From an uncultured Verrucomicrobiae bacterium (GTDB lineage Bacteria > Verrucomicrobiota > Verrucomicrobiia > Chthoniobacterales > UBA10450), in the NCBI GenBank assembly GCA_963726745.1, contig CAVSDR010000004.1, positions 96,001-160,000 of the forward strand: a stretch of 64,000 bases of DNA, read 5' to 3'. The notes under the pieces are model-generated. The model searched no databases. It was not told where the DNA came from and saw nothing but the letters and a program-made list of their open reading frames with translations. The position numbers and the translations under genes are program-made. Positions 22,408-32,596 of the stretch are shown one piece after another. Within the stretch, counting starts at the first letter, position 1. Each line of letters begins with the position of its first letter.

Positions 22408-23262
22408 ATGAGACCCATCTGGAAAGGCAGCATCAGCTTCGGCTTGGTTTACATCCCCATCTCGGTTTATCCCGCGACGCGTGAAGAGAAGCTTAGCTTC
22501 CGCCAACTGCGCGCGGCCGACCTCAGCCCGATCAAATACAAAAAGGTCGCGGAGGTGGATCAAAAGGAAGTCCCTGCGGCCGAGATCGTGAAAGGTTACG
22601 AGTATGAGCGCGGGCAATTCGTCGTCCTGAAGGAGGAAGATTTCGCGAAGGTGAAGATCGAGTCGACCCATTCCATCGACATCACCGACTTCGTGGAAGT
22701 GGAGCAGGTCGACCCGAAATATTTCTACAAGCCTTACTTCCTCGAGCCGCAAAAGGGCGGAGAAAAAGCCTACGCGCTGCTGCACAAAGCGCTCGCCGGC
22801 ACCGGTAAGATCGGCATCGCCAAGGTCGTGATCAGCGGCCGCGAGCACCTCGCTTCGGTCAAGCCGGATGGGCTGTTCCTTGTGCTCGAGTTGATGCATT
22901 TCGCCTCGGAAATTCTCGCGCCGGATGAACTCAACAAGCCGACGACGGCGATCTCGGACAAGGAATTGAAGATGGCGCAAACGTTAATCGACAGCATGTC
23001 GAGCGACTGGGAGCCGGAGAAGTATCGCGATGAATATCGCACCGCGGTCATGGAGATGATCGAGCAGAAGGCGCAGCATAAAGAGATCACCGCCAAACCC
23101 GATGCGCCGGTCCGGGCGACCAACGTGGTCGACCTGGTCAAGGTCTTGCAGGAGAGCCTGGCGCGAAACCAATCGCTCAAGCCGAAACGCGCCAGCGGTG
23201 CCCGGAGCGGCGGGCGCTCAACCGCCACCTTGGTGAAACAAAAGCGGCGTGTTGCTGCCTAA
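22408..23262 (+). CDS. ku: NHEJ protein Ku
   Basis: MRPIWKGSISFGLVYIP, IVKGYEY, YRDEY, NVVDL, basic C-terminal tail. Confidence 0.95.
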   Translation: MRPIWKGSISFGLVYIPISVYPATREEKLSFRQLRAADLSPIKYKKVAEVDQKEVPAAEIVKGYEYERGQFVVLKEEDFAKVKIESTHSIDITDFVEVEQVDPKYFYKPYFLEPQKGGEKAYALLHKALAGTGKIGIAKVVISGREHLASVKPDGLFLVLELMHFASEILAPDELNKPTTAISDKELKMAQTLIDSMSSDWEPEKYRDEYRTAVMEMIEQKAQHKEITAKPDAPVRATNVVDLVKVLQESLARNQSLKPKRASGARSGGRSTATLVKQKRRVAA

Positions 23263-23963
23263 CGAGCGAGCCGCGCGATTAATTCCTGCGCAAAGCGCGG
23301 GCCGACGCCGCTCTCCTCGTGCTTGAAGTAAATGTAAGCGTCCGACCACCCGGCGGCGTGCGCGCGGATTACCTCGGCCCAACGATCCATGTCCGCCGCG
23401 ACATAGTCCTCCCGGCGCAGTCGCAGGTAGCCGAAATTAGCCGTCGCGATGTCCGGCGTGCTGAGCTTCTCGCTCTCGGCCAGGCAGAGCGCGGCGTTCT
23501 TCCCCCGGAGCAGCGAGAAAACTTCGTCGCAGAGCCAGCTCGCTTCGCGGAACTCGAAGGCGCAGCGCAGGCCCTCCGGTAGATCGGCCAGGAAGGCCTC
23601 CAGCACCGCGGCGTCCTTCTTAAACGTGGGCGGCAATTGGAAGAGCACACAGCCGAGTTTCTTCTCCAGGTCGCAGATGACCCCGTGGAAAAAACGCAGC
23701 GTCTCGCCGCAATCGCGCAACTTTTGCCAGTGGGTCACGCGCTGCGGCGCCTTCAGGCTGAAGCGAAAATTCTCCGGCGTGCCCTTCCACCAGCCGTCGA
23801 TCGTCTTCGCGCTCGGGATGCGCCGAAAGCTGTAATTGATCTCGGTGCTCGTTAGGCGTTCGCTGTAAAAGCGGAGCATCTTGGCCGCCGCAAGATCTTC
23901 CGGGTAGAAAGTCCCCTTCCATTCCGCATACTGAAATCCAGAAGTGCCAATCCAAAGATTCAT
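23259..23963 (-). CDS. DUF72 domain protein
   Basis: IGTSGFQYAEWKGTFYP, EINYSF, LFQLPP, YLRLR, YFKHE. Confidence 0.92.
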   Translation of the reverse strand: MNLWIGTSGFQYAEWKGTFYPEDLAAAKMLRFYSERLTSTEINYSFRRIPSAKTIDGWWKGTPENFRFSLKAPQRVTHWQKLRDCGETLRFFHGVICDLEKKLGCVLFQLPPTFKKDAAVLEAFLADLPEGLRCAFEFREASWLCDEVFSLLRGKNAALCLAESEKLSTPDIATANFGYLRLRREDYVAADMDRWAEVIRAHAAGWSDAYIYFKHEESGVGPRFAQELIARLAR

Positions 23964-24023
23964 CCGAGAACGCTCCGCGCGGCCACATCCTGCCGTCTGT
24001 TTTCGCGGAAGACCAGCGCGCGC

Positions 24024-24842
24024 ATGAAGTTTGAGATCGTGCCCGCGGCTGAGGTCGCGCTCGCGCAACAGGCCCAGCTCGCGAATGCTGCCTTTGCCGA
24101 TTACATCGGCGGCTGGCATCCGCTGGACGCGGTCGCGCTCGCGGAGTTTCTCGCCCGGCAAGGCGCCGATCTTTTCCTGAGCCGGCTCGTGCGGGCCCAT
24201 GGCGAACTCCTGGGTCTGTGCTACCTCAACCGCACCGGCCGCATCCTGCGCTGCGGCGGGATGGCGCTGGTGCCGGCAGCGCGTGGGAGCGGCGCGGGCG
24301 ACGCGCTTTTCGCAGCCGTTCTCTCCGACGCGCAAACGGCCGGCGACGAAGCGCTCCTGCTGGAAGTGATCGAACAAAACCCGCGCGCGCATGCCTTCTA
24401 CCGGCGGCATGGATTCCGGAATCTGGGCCGGCTGGGCGGTTGGCGGCGCGCCGCGGGCCCGGTCGAAGCGCCGGCAGAAATCACGGAAATTTCCGTCGCC
24501 AAAGCGCTGTCTGTTTACGACCCGCGCGAATATCCGGAAGCGCCCTGGCCAATCTCGCGCGGCGCGATTGCAAAGGTCGCCGGGACCCGAGCCTTCCAAG
24601 CGGACGGCGGCGTGGTGATTCTTTCCAAGCCCGAGATCCATCCCGTGCGCGTGCATGGACTCTTCGCCCGCGGCGCCCGCATCGGTCTCCGGACGTTGCT
24701 CGCGGGCGCACTGGCGCGTTTCCCGGAGCGCGAGTTTTTCGTTCCGCCGGTCTGGCCGGAGGGAGATGGCGCGACGATCTTCGAGCCGCTCGGATTCGTG
24801 CGCGAGCCGCTCTCGCAGTTCTTCCTCCGGCGCGATCTCTAG
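24024..24842 (+). CDS. GNAT family N-acetyltransferase
   Basis: ARGSGAG acetyl-CoA loop, LEVIEQNPRAHAFYRRHGF. Confidence 0.88.
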   Translation: MKFEIVPAAEVALAQQAQLANAAFADYIGGWHPLDAVALAEFLARQGADLFLSRLVRAHGELLGLCYLNRTGRILRCGGMALVPAARGSGAGDALFAAVLSDAQTAGDEALLLEVIEQNPRAHAFYRRHGFRNLGRLGGWRRAAGPVEAPAEITEISVAKALSVYDPREYPEAPWPISRGAIAKVAGTRAFQADGGVVILSKPEIHPVRVHGLFARGARIGLRTLLAGALARFPEREFFVPPVWPEGDGATIFEPLGFVREPLSQFFLRRDL

Positions 24843-24844
24843 CC

Positions 24845-25546
24845 ATGCCCAACCACTACGCCACGCTGGGCCTGGAACGCGACTGCACGCTCGCAGAGGT
24901 GCGCGAAGCCTACCGCCGCCTGGTCAAGGAGCATCACCCCGACCGCCACGCGCAGGCGCCGGAAGCAGTCCGGCGGGCGCAGGAATTGAACGCTGCGCAT
25001 GAGGTCCTGAGCGACCCGACGCGCCGCCGTGTCTACGATCGCGAGCAGGGCGGCGGCCGCACGCCGCGCGCCGGCCGCATCTCCCACGATCTCGCGCAGG
25101 ATGTGAACCTGCGGCTGGAAGATTTTTTCCGCGGGACGGCGCTGACGGTGACGGTGCGCGACCCGCTGAGCCGCGAGCCGGAAACCTACCCGGTGGAGAT
25201 TCCGCCCATGACTGCGCCCGGGACGCGCCTGCGCCTCGCGAGAAATTCCGGCGAAGGCCACCTGCGGCTGCGCTTGCGCGCCATGCCTTCGGCGCGGTTC
25301 AAGCCGCGCGGAAGCGATCTCCGCTGCGACCTGCGGATCGACGCGCGCCGCGCGGCCGCGGGCGGAAGCGAGACGATCACCGGCGCGGACGGCCGGAGGT
25401 TGACCGTGCGCATCCCGGCGCAGGCCGGCCGCGGCGAGATGGTGCGTTTGCCTAACGAAGGGTTGCCGCGGGCGCGCGGCGGACGAGGCGACTTGCTGGT
25501 GAAAATAACCTACCGGGTCGAGGTGCAGGTGCGCCGCGCTCGTTAG
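24845..25546 (+). CDS. DnaJ/CbpA-like J-domain protein
   Basis: NHYATLGL, HHPD, VLSDPTRRRVYD; C-terminal domain with GDLLV; no zinc finger. Confidence 0.88.
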   Translation: MPNHYATLGLERDCTLAEVREAYRRLVKEHHPDRHAQAPEAVRRAQELNAAHEVLSDPTRRRVYDREQGGGRTPRAGRISHDLAQDVNLRLEDFFRGTALTVTVRDPLSREPETYPVEIPPMTAPGTRLRLARNSGEGHLRLRLRAMPSARFKPRGSDLRCDLRIDARRAAAGGSETITGADGRRLTVRIPAQAGRGEMVRLPNEGLPRARGGRGDLLVKITYRVEVQVRRAR

Positions 25547-26070
25547 GGCCGGAGCGCGCTGGTGAAGCGGACCAGCTCCGCCGCGACCTGGTCAATGCGC
25601 TGTTGGATTTGCGCGTCCTGGACGGTGTCGCCGTCGAAGGCGCTCTCGTTTGCGTAGACAAAACGCGGGATGATGACGCTGCGAAAATCGAGCATGAGCG
25701 AGTTCGCATAGGCCATGACGGACATGTAGCTGCTCATGCCGCCGGCGGCGCAAAGGAAGCCCACGACCTTGTCGGTCCACGCTTTCCCGGTGAGCTCGAT
25801 CATGTTTTTAGCCGACGCGCTCACATCGTAGTTATAGACCGGCGCGGCCACCAGAATACCGTCGGCCCGGGCGATCACGGCACTGAGTTTTTGGGCGCCG
25901 GGCGCGGCGTAACACGCCCCGGCATCGCAGAGCGGCAGGTCAAGCTCCCGCAGGTCGATCCACTCCGGCGCGACGCCCAGTTTCTCGAGCGCGGCCAAGG
26001 CGCTCCGGCCGAGGCGGCGGCTGTTGCTCGCGGGATTCCCGCTCGTGCTCACGACAAGGTATTTCGGCAT
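25543..26070 (-). CDS. NADPH-dependent FMN reductase
   Basis: SGNPASNSR, APVYNYDVSASAKN. Confidence 0.88.
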   Translation of the reverse strand: MPKYLVVSTSGNPASNSRRLGRSALAALEKLGVAPEWIDLRELDLPLCDAGACYAAPGAQKLSAVIARADGILVAAPVYNYDVSASAKNMIELTGKAWTDKVVGFLCAAGGMSSYMSVMAYANSLMLDFRSVIIPRFVYANESAFDGDTVQDAQIQQRIDQVAAELVRFTSALRP

Positions 26071-26114
26071 AACGACGCGGCGAAATTAGCCGACAACTTC
26101 ACCGCTGGCTACTT

Positions 26115-27206
26115 TCAGCCGAGGTCGAAATCGGCCCAGAGGAGGGCGTGATCGCTCGCGGCATTGGTCTCGCCCGTGACCGTGGGCAGGGGCGGATATT
26201 TCTCCCGCACTTTCTTCGTCTTCGACCAAATGCCGCGCCGCTCGATCCCGACCCCGCGCAGGCGCGGCCAAAGCGCGTCGGAGACCAGGAGGTAATCGAT
26301 CTGGTCGTTTTTGCTCGGGATGGCGTCGTCGCGATAAGTCCAGCGATCCGCGTCCGCAGGGAGTTTGTCGAAGGTGTTGCGCAAGCCGGGATGCCGCAGG
26401 AGCGGCGCGAGCGATTCGTTCTTGGGCAGTTCGTTGAAGTCGCCCGCGACCACGACCCACTGCCGCTTCAGGTCGAAGCGGCGCAGGATTTCGCGCACGC
26501 GCTCCGCCTGCCGGAGACGCCGGGCATCGTTGCTCGCCTGCGAGCCGTAGCCGCGGCTCTTAAAGTGGTTCACCAGGACCCAAAGGCTGCGCGTGCCCGG
26601 CACATCGAGCTGGAATTGCGCGCAATCGCGGCTGAAAACCGGCCGCTTCGTCTCGCTGTCTAAATCGTCCACATGGCTCTGCATGTCGCCAATCGGGCAG
26701 CGCGAGAGCAGGCCCACGTCGATCCCGCGGTCGTCGTTCCCGTCGATCACCATCGCGTGCGCGAAGGGCGCCGGCTGGAGCAGGGTGTCGTTAAATTCGC
26801 GCAGCACCGGGCGGCTCTCCACCTCGACGCAGCAAAGGACATCCGGGTCCACCGCGCGGATGATGCGACCGGTGTTTTCAATCGCGGCCGCGCTGACCAC
26901 GCAACGGCGCCACTCGATCCACCCGATCCAATCGGCCCGCCCATCGGCCACGATCTTGCCCGTGCTCGTGGCCAGCCGGCCACGCGTTTGCTGGAGGAAA
27001 AAGGGCCCGTAGTTCCCGAGCGCGCGGTGTTTCTTCAGGAGCGCGAGGATGCGCTGCTTGTCCGCGGCGGTGTAGACCGGCTGCTCGATCAGGCGATGGA
27101 GCGCGGCCGCATCCGCGAGGATCTCCGCGTTCTTCACCTGGTCGGGGCCGGCCATGGCTTTGATCCGGCTGAAGAGGTTCTCGACATTGTAGGTGGCGAT
27201 GCGCAT
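26115..27206 (-). CDS. Endonuclease/exonuclease/phosphatase (EEP) family protein
   Basis: IATYNVENLF, GNDDRGIDV, NHFKS, GDFNE, IDYLL, SDH. Confidence 0.9.
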   Translation of the reverse strand: MRIATYNVENLFSRIKAMAGPDQVKNAEILADAAALHRLIEQPVYTAADKQRILALLKKHRALGNYGPFFLQQTRGRLATSTGKIVADGRADWIGWIEWRRCVVSAAAIENTGRIIRAVDPDVLCCVEVESRPVLREFNDTLLQPAPFAHAMVIDGNDDRGIDVGLLSRCPIGDMQSHVDDLDSETKRPVFSRDCAQFQLDVPGTRSLWVLVNHFKSRGYGSQASNDARRLRQAERVREILRRFDLKRQWVVVAGDFNELPKNESLAPLLRHPGLRNTFDKLPADADRWTYRDDAIPSKNDQIDYLLVSDALWPRLRGVGIERRGIWSKTKKVREKYPPLPTVTGETNAASDHALLWADFDLG

Positions 27207-27237
27207 GGCGTTTCCTGCGAATAGATTTCGCGACTCG

Positions 27238-29010
27238 TTAGGCGTGGATCCAGAAAGCGCTGTCGGCAAATTGCTCGCCGCGCCACCACTCGCGCGGCAC
27301 CGCGCGGCGGCAGAAGTTGACTGAGCCGGCCTGGCTTTGCAGCGGGGCGAGCACTTCGCCCGCGGAGTCGCGTTTCGCGCGAAACTCCGGCGTCTCCGGG
27401 ACGACCGCGACGATGTGGCCAGATTTCCCGTCGAGTTTACGGCGCGCGACGATCAGGCCCACGCCGCCGAGGTTGGCCGCTTCCTGGAGCTTTGTCAGCG
27501 TGCCCGTCTGCCGCCAGCCGAAGCGCAGCCCGAAGTCGCGCAACCAGCGGAAGAGGTCGTTTGCGCGCTGTTCATCGATCGTTTTTTCGTAGAGCGGCGG
27601 GACTTCCTCGCCTTTAGCCAGCAACTCGACCGCGCCCGGCGTCCACCAAACGCGCGGGAGGTAGACCCCGGCGAGGTGGCAATAATCGTGCGCGTAGATG
27701 TTGCAGAAAGTGCAGCCGCCGGCGGGCTGGTAACGCCGGTGCGCCGGCTGCTCGACCGCCAGCCAGTCGATGATCGCCGCCAGCTCGGCGGTGCGTTCGG
27801 CCGCGCTTTCCCCGGCGCGGCCGGGTTGCCCTGGCTCGTTCAGCGAATGCGGGCCGGCGCAATCGACCCGCCGGGTCACGCTCCCCGGCGCGCGCGGCAT
27901 GTAGACCGCGACCAGGCCGGAGGTCGGCTCGACCGTCTGCGGCTGGGCCACGGGAATCTGCGGCTCGCACGGCACGGGCGGCCGCGTCTTCGGCTTGCGC
28001 GGCTTTTTCCCCGCGGGCCGGGCCGGCTGGGCGCGTTTCACCCGGCGGAGGTATTTGGCAAAGGCCCAGCCGCGGAAGTAGGCGCCGTTCAAGCTCGTCT
28101 CCACCTCCAGGAAACCGCCGGATTTCTTCGCGGAAAGCCGCTGCACGAGATGGCCGGCGGGCAAGCACGCAAGGACATTCGCGACCTCATCCTCCTTCGG
28201 AATCGAAGGATCGCGCCGCAACCGGAGCGCGTTGCTGGCCTTCACCTCGTAGACCGGGCGGACGCAGGGGAAGAGCGTGGGCGCGGCCAACGGTGCCACC
28301 CCAGCCGCCGGCGCGACCGCAGCCACCACTTCGCCCACCAGTCCGATCCCCTGCGAAATCCGGAGGTATTCGTGGATGTTCTCGCCGTAAAAGCGGCCGT
28401 CGGACTCATGGCCTTGCTTGAAGCCACGGCTCGGGCTGCAGCTGCCCTTGTTGTAGGCGATGGCTACGAAAACTTGCTCGCTGTCGGTTAACGTTCGCCG
28501 ATCGGACCAGCCCTGCCGCGCCAGAGCTTGCTTGAGCTCGAGCAACAGGAGGTCGAGGCAAGGCTCGAAACGCTGCCAGCATTTTCCGAGGAACCACTCG
28601 GGATTCTCCCGGAAGAACTGAAGATCGTACTGAAAAATCCCGAATCCGTGGCAGAACTTTCCGGGGTTGCGCAAGGCAAAGCCGTAACCTGGGACTACGC
28701 GTGCGAGGTCCAGCAGCGCCTCCCGCGCGATCGCAAACATTTCCGGCCCGCGCGGCGCGGAGAGCAGGTCGGATTTGGTTCGCGGGAAGGCGCAGCGGCC
28801 TTTGTCGGCATCCAGCGTATCGCCCACGCAAAGCCGGAGGACGTCGGCTTCGCCGAGGCCCTTGGCGACCAGCGGACTCCAGATGTAGCAGGTCTCCTGG
28901 GTGGCGATGGCCGCCACGAGATCGACGCTGAACGGCGTCGAAGCGACAGCCGCCGCGGCTCGGCGGCCGAAAGTGGTCTTGAACCAGGCGATCGCGTCAC
29001 GGGTGGTCAT
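27238..29010 (-). CDS. Multidomain putative peptidoglycan hydrolase: lysozyme-like + SH3b-like + CHAP/NlpC-P60-like
   Basis: AIATQET, HGFGIFQYD, IAYNKG (lysozyme fold); LRLRRDP...GWAFAKYL (SH3); TFCNIYAHDY...SGHIVAV (Cys-His pair). Confidence 0.7.
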   Translation of the reverse strand: MTTRDAIAWFKTTFGRRAAAAVASTPFSVDLVAAIATQETCYIWSPLVAKGLGEADVLRLCVGDTLDADKGRCAFPRTKSDLLSAPRGPEMFAIAREALLDLARVVPGYGFALRNPGKFCHGFGIFQYDLQFFRENPEWFLGKCWQRFEPCLDLLLLELKQALARQGWSDRRTLTDSEQVFVAIAYNKGSCSPSRGFKQGHESDGRFYGENIHEYLRISQGIGLVGEVVAAVAPAAGVAPLAAPTLFPCVRPVYEVKASNALRLRRDPSIPKEDEVANVLACLPAGHLVQRLSAKKSGGFLEVETSLNGAYFRGWAFAKYLRRVKRAQPARPAGKKPRKPKTRPPVPCEPQIPVAQPQTVEPTSGLVAVYMPRAPGSVTRRVDCAGPHSLNEPGQPGRAGESAAERTAELAAIIDWLAVEQPAHRRYQPAGGCTFCNIYAHDYCHLAGVYLPRVWWTPGAVELLAKGEEVPPLYEKTIDEQRANDLFRWLRDFGLRFGWRQTGTLTKLQEAANLGGVGLIVARRKLDGKSGHIVAVVPETPEFRAKRDSAGEVLAPLQSQAGSVNFCRRAVPREWWRGEQFADSAFWIHA

Positions 29011-29073
29011 ATAAAAATGTGCGTAAGAAATTTAGCCAGCAACTTCCACGGCTGGAGACGTGATCCGTTTTCA

Positions 29074-30717
29074 CTAGAAGATGTTTTCGAAAGTTATCCG
29101 CGCGAACAGGTTGCCGCTTTTGCTAGGTGAGCCAGCAACTGTTTGGAGATAGCCCAGTTCCATCCGCGCGATCACCACGGTCAGTTGCAACCCACCGCCT
29201 ACTGCGACCTCCAACGGCTCCCCCTCGGACCCCGCGAAGTCGGCTAAAAACAGCGGCTTGAGCGCGTAAACTTTGGCTCGGTCGGCGATGAACGCGATGG
29301 CTGGCTGGACCTCCGAGTAGGTCTGCCGCGCCTTCACCATCGCGGCCTCGGGCGACATCCCCTGCTCTTCCAAATCGGCCGCGTAAAAGGCCACCGAATC
29401 CCCGGCTTTGTTCTTCAAAAGCCGCTTCAAGGAAAGGCCGGGCGCAACCTCTTCGTCGGGAATCAACGGCCGGGAGAGCCCCGGCACCGGCAGCGCGAGG
29501 TTCAGATTGAGATGCCAATAAGCCCGTGTCCCGCGCTCGCCCCGCTGAGCCTGGCCTTCACCCTGGCTGCGAAGGAGCGGGCCTTCCGGGAACGCGGCCA
29601 GCGCGCGGGAGTCGAGGGCATCGTAGAGAAAATTGCGCTCGGTGTGACCGCCGAAAAAGCGGGCGTAAGCCGGCGCCGACCAAGCCTTGCCGCCGCCCAG
29701 GATCGCCTCCAGGCCGATCGTTTGGCCGGCCGCGACCGGAATTTCCCGCGCAAACGCGACCAACCCCGCGGCCCGCCCGTAGTCCGAACCCGTTCCGGGC
29801 GCCGCCGCTTCCGCCCAGAGAGCCGCCCGCAAAAATCCCCCGCCCGCCCGGCCCTCAGCCCCGAGACGCAGGCCCAGGGCGTGTTCCGTGGTGCGGCCCG
29901 CGCCGGCAAATTCGTTTGCTCCGTAGCGATATTCCCCGTCGAGCGAAAAGCTCCAGCCGCTCGCCGGCCGGAAACGCGCGCCGGCACCGACTTTACCCGC
30001 GGTCCGCCGCAACGTCCTCGGGCCGCGTGGCGCTTCGGTCGACTCAAAAAGAGCCGACACGCTCAGCCGCTCGAGCGTTTCGCCCGGGTGCAGCCGGCTA
30101 AGCGCCAGCTCGGTCCCAGCGTCGTAAAACGTTTCCTGGACCGACTTCCGCCCGCCGGCGTTGAGCTGGAGGCGCAGGCCATCCGGCCGCGGGCGGAGCA
30201 GATCGACCGCGATCGCGCCCGTGGGCGCAAAGCCATATTCCTTGTCGTAATAAGCGCCCGCCTGCGGATGGAGCGCGCGCAGCGGAGCCGGCACCGCCTG
30301 GTAGAAAGTGGCAAACCCAGAGCGCGGCAAGGGCAGGATGTTGCCGCCTATTTCCAGCAGGTCGACCCGCACCGAGCGCACCTCGATGAGCACATCGACC
30401 TGCCGGCCCTCGGCCAGCAAGCAAGGGCTGATGTAGGTCACGCCGAGCGCGCCCAGGTTTTGTAGCTCGAAGCCGCGGCGCTCCTCGGCGTGGAGCGCTT
30501 GCTGGACCGCGCGCAATGCCGTCTGGACCCCGGCATTGCTGAAGCGGTCGCCGGGAGCGATCGGCAAAGGCAACCGCGGCACCCAGCGGCCTTCGACCCG
30601 CACGCTCCGGATGGTGTAGCCGGCGGCTTCGTCGAGATCGTCGCGGCATTGGGCCGTCGCCTCCGCGACCAGCACGCCGCTGAGCAGGAGACCCAGGGAG
30701 AAACGCGGGAGCTTCAT
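29074..30717 (-). CDS. Secreted hypothetical protein, probable POTRA-like + outer-membrane beta-barrel
   Basis: Signal peptide, TIRSVRVEG N-terminal segment, amphipathic beta strands, C-terminal ENIF. Confidence 0.55.
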   Translation of the reverse strand: MKLPRFSLGLLLSGVLVAEATAQCRDDLDEAAGYTIRSVRVEGRWVPRLPLPIAPGDRFSNAGVQTALRAVQQALHAEERRGFELQNLGALGVTYISPCLLAEGRQVDVLIEVRSVRVDLLEIGGNILPLPRSGFATFYQAVPAPLRALHPQAGAYYDKEYGFAPTGAIAVDLLRPRPDGLRLQLNAGGRKSVQETFYDAGTELALSRLHPGETLERLSVSALFESTEAPRGPRTLRRTAGKVGAGARFRPASGWSFSLDGEYRYGANEFAGAGRTTEHALGLRLGAEGRAGGGFLRAALWAEAAAPGTGSDYGRAAGLVAFAREIPVAAGQTIGLEAILGGGKAWSAPAYARFFGGHTERNFLYDALDSRALAAFPEGPLLRSQGEGQAQRGERGTRAYWHLNLNLALPVPGLSRPLIPDEEVAPGLSLKRLLKNKAGDSVAFYAADLEEQGMSPEAAMVKARQTYSEVQPAIAFIADRAKVYALKPLFLADFAGSEGEPLEVAVGGGLQLTVVIARMELGYLQTVAGSPSKSGNLFARITFENIF

Positions 30718-30748
30718 CTTGCTGCCTATTTTTTTAGCGCGGCCCTCG

Positions 30749-31168
30749 CTAAACCTCGATCGCGGTGCGCGCGGCTTTGCTCATGGCGGCGCGGAGGTTG
30801 TCCTTTTGCGCCGGGGTGGCGTTGGCCACTTCGGCCACGGCCTTGGCCGCGGGATGCACTTCCCGGCGCAGGACGCGCGCGGTCTCGACGTTGATCGGCT
30901 CAGTCGCGAGCGCTTGCACTCCACGTTGATCCGCCGGGTCCACCGGCGTGTAGGAGACGTGCACGATCTGCTGGAAGACGCCTTGCGCGTCCTTTTTGTA
31001 GAGGTCGAAGACCAGCTTCCAGAGCGGGTCGTTCGCCGCGCTGCAGGACTTCTCGACTACGAGCTCGAATTTGTAGCCGGCTTCCGGGCTGGCGACGAAG
31101 ACTTCGAGGATGAAAGGCCGGCATTTCTTCGGGCCGACGGCGATGACGCTGAGGTTGGACTCGGGCAT
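30749..31168 (-). CDS. Hypothetical protein
   Basis: Codirectional between neighbouring genes, host-like codon usage (MPESNLSVIAVG...). Confidence 0.65.
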   Translation of the reverse strand: MPESNLSVIAVGPKKCRPFILEVFVASPEAGYKFELVVEKSCSAANDPLWKLVFDLYKKDAQGVFQQIVHVSYTPVDPADQRGVQALATEPINVETARVLRREVHPAAKAVAEVANATPAQKDNLRAAMSKAARTAIEV

Positions 31169-31209
31169 GGTTTCTGGGGTTGGGACTGGGAGGTTTTCGA
31201 GGCGGACAT

Positions 31210-32490
31210 TTAACTTGCCGGCGGACGGGCGTTTTCCTCGCGGCCGATGAGCTGGGCGAGCGCGGGGCGCAAGCTGGTGAGGTTCTTGAGCAGGTTGTAC
31301 CAATAAGGCGCGCCGAGCGTGAGAAGCGCGGCGAAGAGCGCCATCCCCGGAAGATGCCGGCTAAAGACGGCGACCCGCTCGCCGAAACTGGCGCCGCCCG
31401 GCCAGCGCCAATAGCCCACCGGGATAAACTCGAAGCCGGTCGCGCTCACCTCGCGCGTCATCTCGGCTATTTGCTCGCGCTTCTCCGCGAAATCCGCCCG
31501 CGTCCCGGCCGCGAGCAGGCGCTCAAATTGCGCCGGATCGAATTGCCCCGCCGCCGCCTGCGCCAGCGCCGCGCGCAATTCGCCGGCGTTGCTGATCCCG
31601 TCGAGCGAGATCGGCGGGCGCTCATTCTCGCGGGCCCACTCATCGGCCACGCGCGCGAGCAGGGCCGGGCGCGCCGCGCCCACCGCATCCGCCTGCACTA
31701 CGGCGCGGGCGGCCTGGGCCACGAGCGCCTCGCGCGCGGCGGCGTTGGTGCTCGCGTGGTGGAAAATTTCCACCGCATCGAGTTGCAGGAAAAGCGCGAG
31801 GAGCGCGCTCGCAGCGATCGTGAGCCCGCGGGTGTGCAATTGGAACCACTGCTGCGCGCGGTCCTGCGCGGTGCCGAACCAACGCTCGAATTTTTCCCGC
31901 GCCGCATCCGCCGCGACCAGGAAATTAGCCGGCATATTCTCTACCGTGTCGACCAGCTTTCCCTGGAGCGCGGCATCGGGAATTTCCTCCAGGAGCGCGC
32001 GCAAACCGCCGAGCTGCGCGCGGATCGCCGCCGCCTCTTGATCCGGCACGATGAGCGCGGCCAGCACCTGCTGCGCCGCCGCGGCCACTCCGCGATCGTT
32101 GATGCCCGGTCGTTCCTGCGCCAGGCGCCGGAGCGCGGCGTAGACTTCCTCCGGCCGGACCGCGCTTGCCAGCCGCGTCGCGCCGAAAATGTCGGTAAAA
32201 TGCCACGGCTTCTCGGGCAAGGGAGACGCGCAGGGATCCGCGCCTTCGTCCTTCGGCGTGCGGGTGGAATCCGAGAGCAGCGGATCGCACAGGATGTGCG
32301 CGGCCAGCCGATGCGCCCCGGGGCCGAGCGTGGGCGCGACCGTCTGGAAAGTCAGCGCGAGCGCGTTGGCTAAATTTTTCCCGCGCAAGCTGAGCGCCGC
32401 CGAGCCCATCTGCACGAGCACGGTAACGAACAGACTCGCCACCGTCATGATGAGGACGAAGGCGATGAGGGTGTCCAGGCTTTGCAGCAT
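31210..32490 (-). CDS. Hypothetical membrane protein
   Basis: N-terminal TM LDTLIAFVLIMTVASL; ERWF...QQWF; LQLDAV; C-terminal LLTLGAPYWYNLLKNL. Confidence 0.75.
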   Translation of the reverse strand: MLQSLDTLIAFVLIMTVASLFVTVLVQMGSAALSLRGKNLANALALTFQTVAPTLGPGAHRLAAHILCDPLLSDSTRTPKDEGADPCASPLPEKPWHFTDIFGATRLASAVRPEEVYAALRRLAQERPGINDRGVAAAAQQVLAALIVPDQEAAAIRAQLGGLRALLEEIPDAALQGKLVDTVENMPANFLVAADAAREKFERWFGTAQDRAQQWFQLHTRGLTIAASALLALFLQLDAVEIFHHASTNAAAREALVAQAARAVVQADAVGAARPALLARVADEWARENERPPISLDGISNAGELRAALAQAAAGQFDPAQFERLLAAGTRADFAEKREQIAEMTREVSATGFEFIPVGYWRWPGGASFGERVAVFSRHLPGMALFAALLTLGAPYWYNLLKNLTSLRPALAQLIGREENARPPAS

Positions 32491-32596
32491 GGGGGATGCT
32501 TTCCGGAGGCCCGAGATTGGCCGGAGAGGACGGCTTCGACAAGGCGGAAATGGCAGCGCGCCGTCCGGAGGCAACCGGCAAACGAATAGCTGGGCA

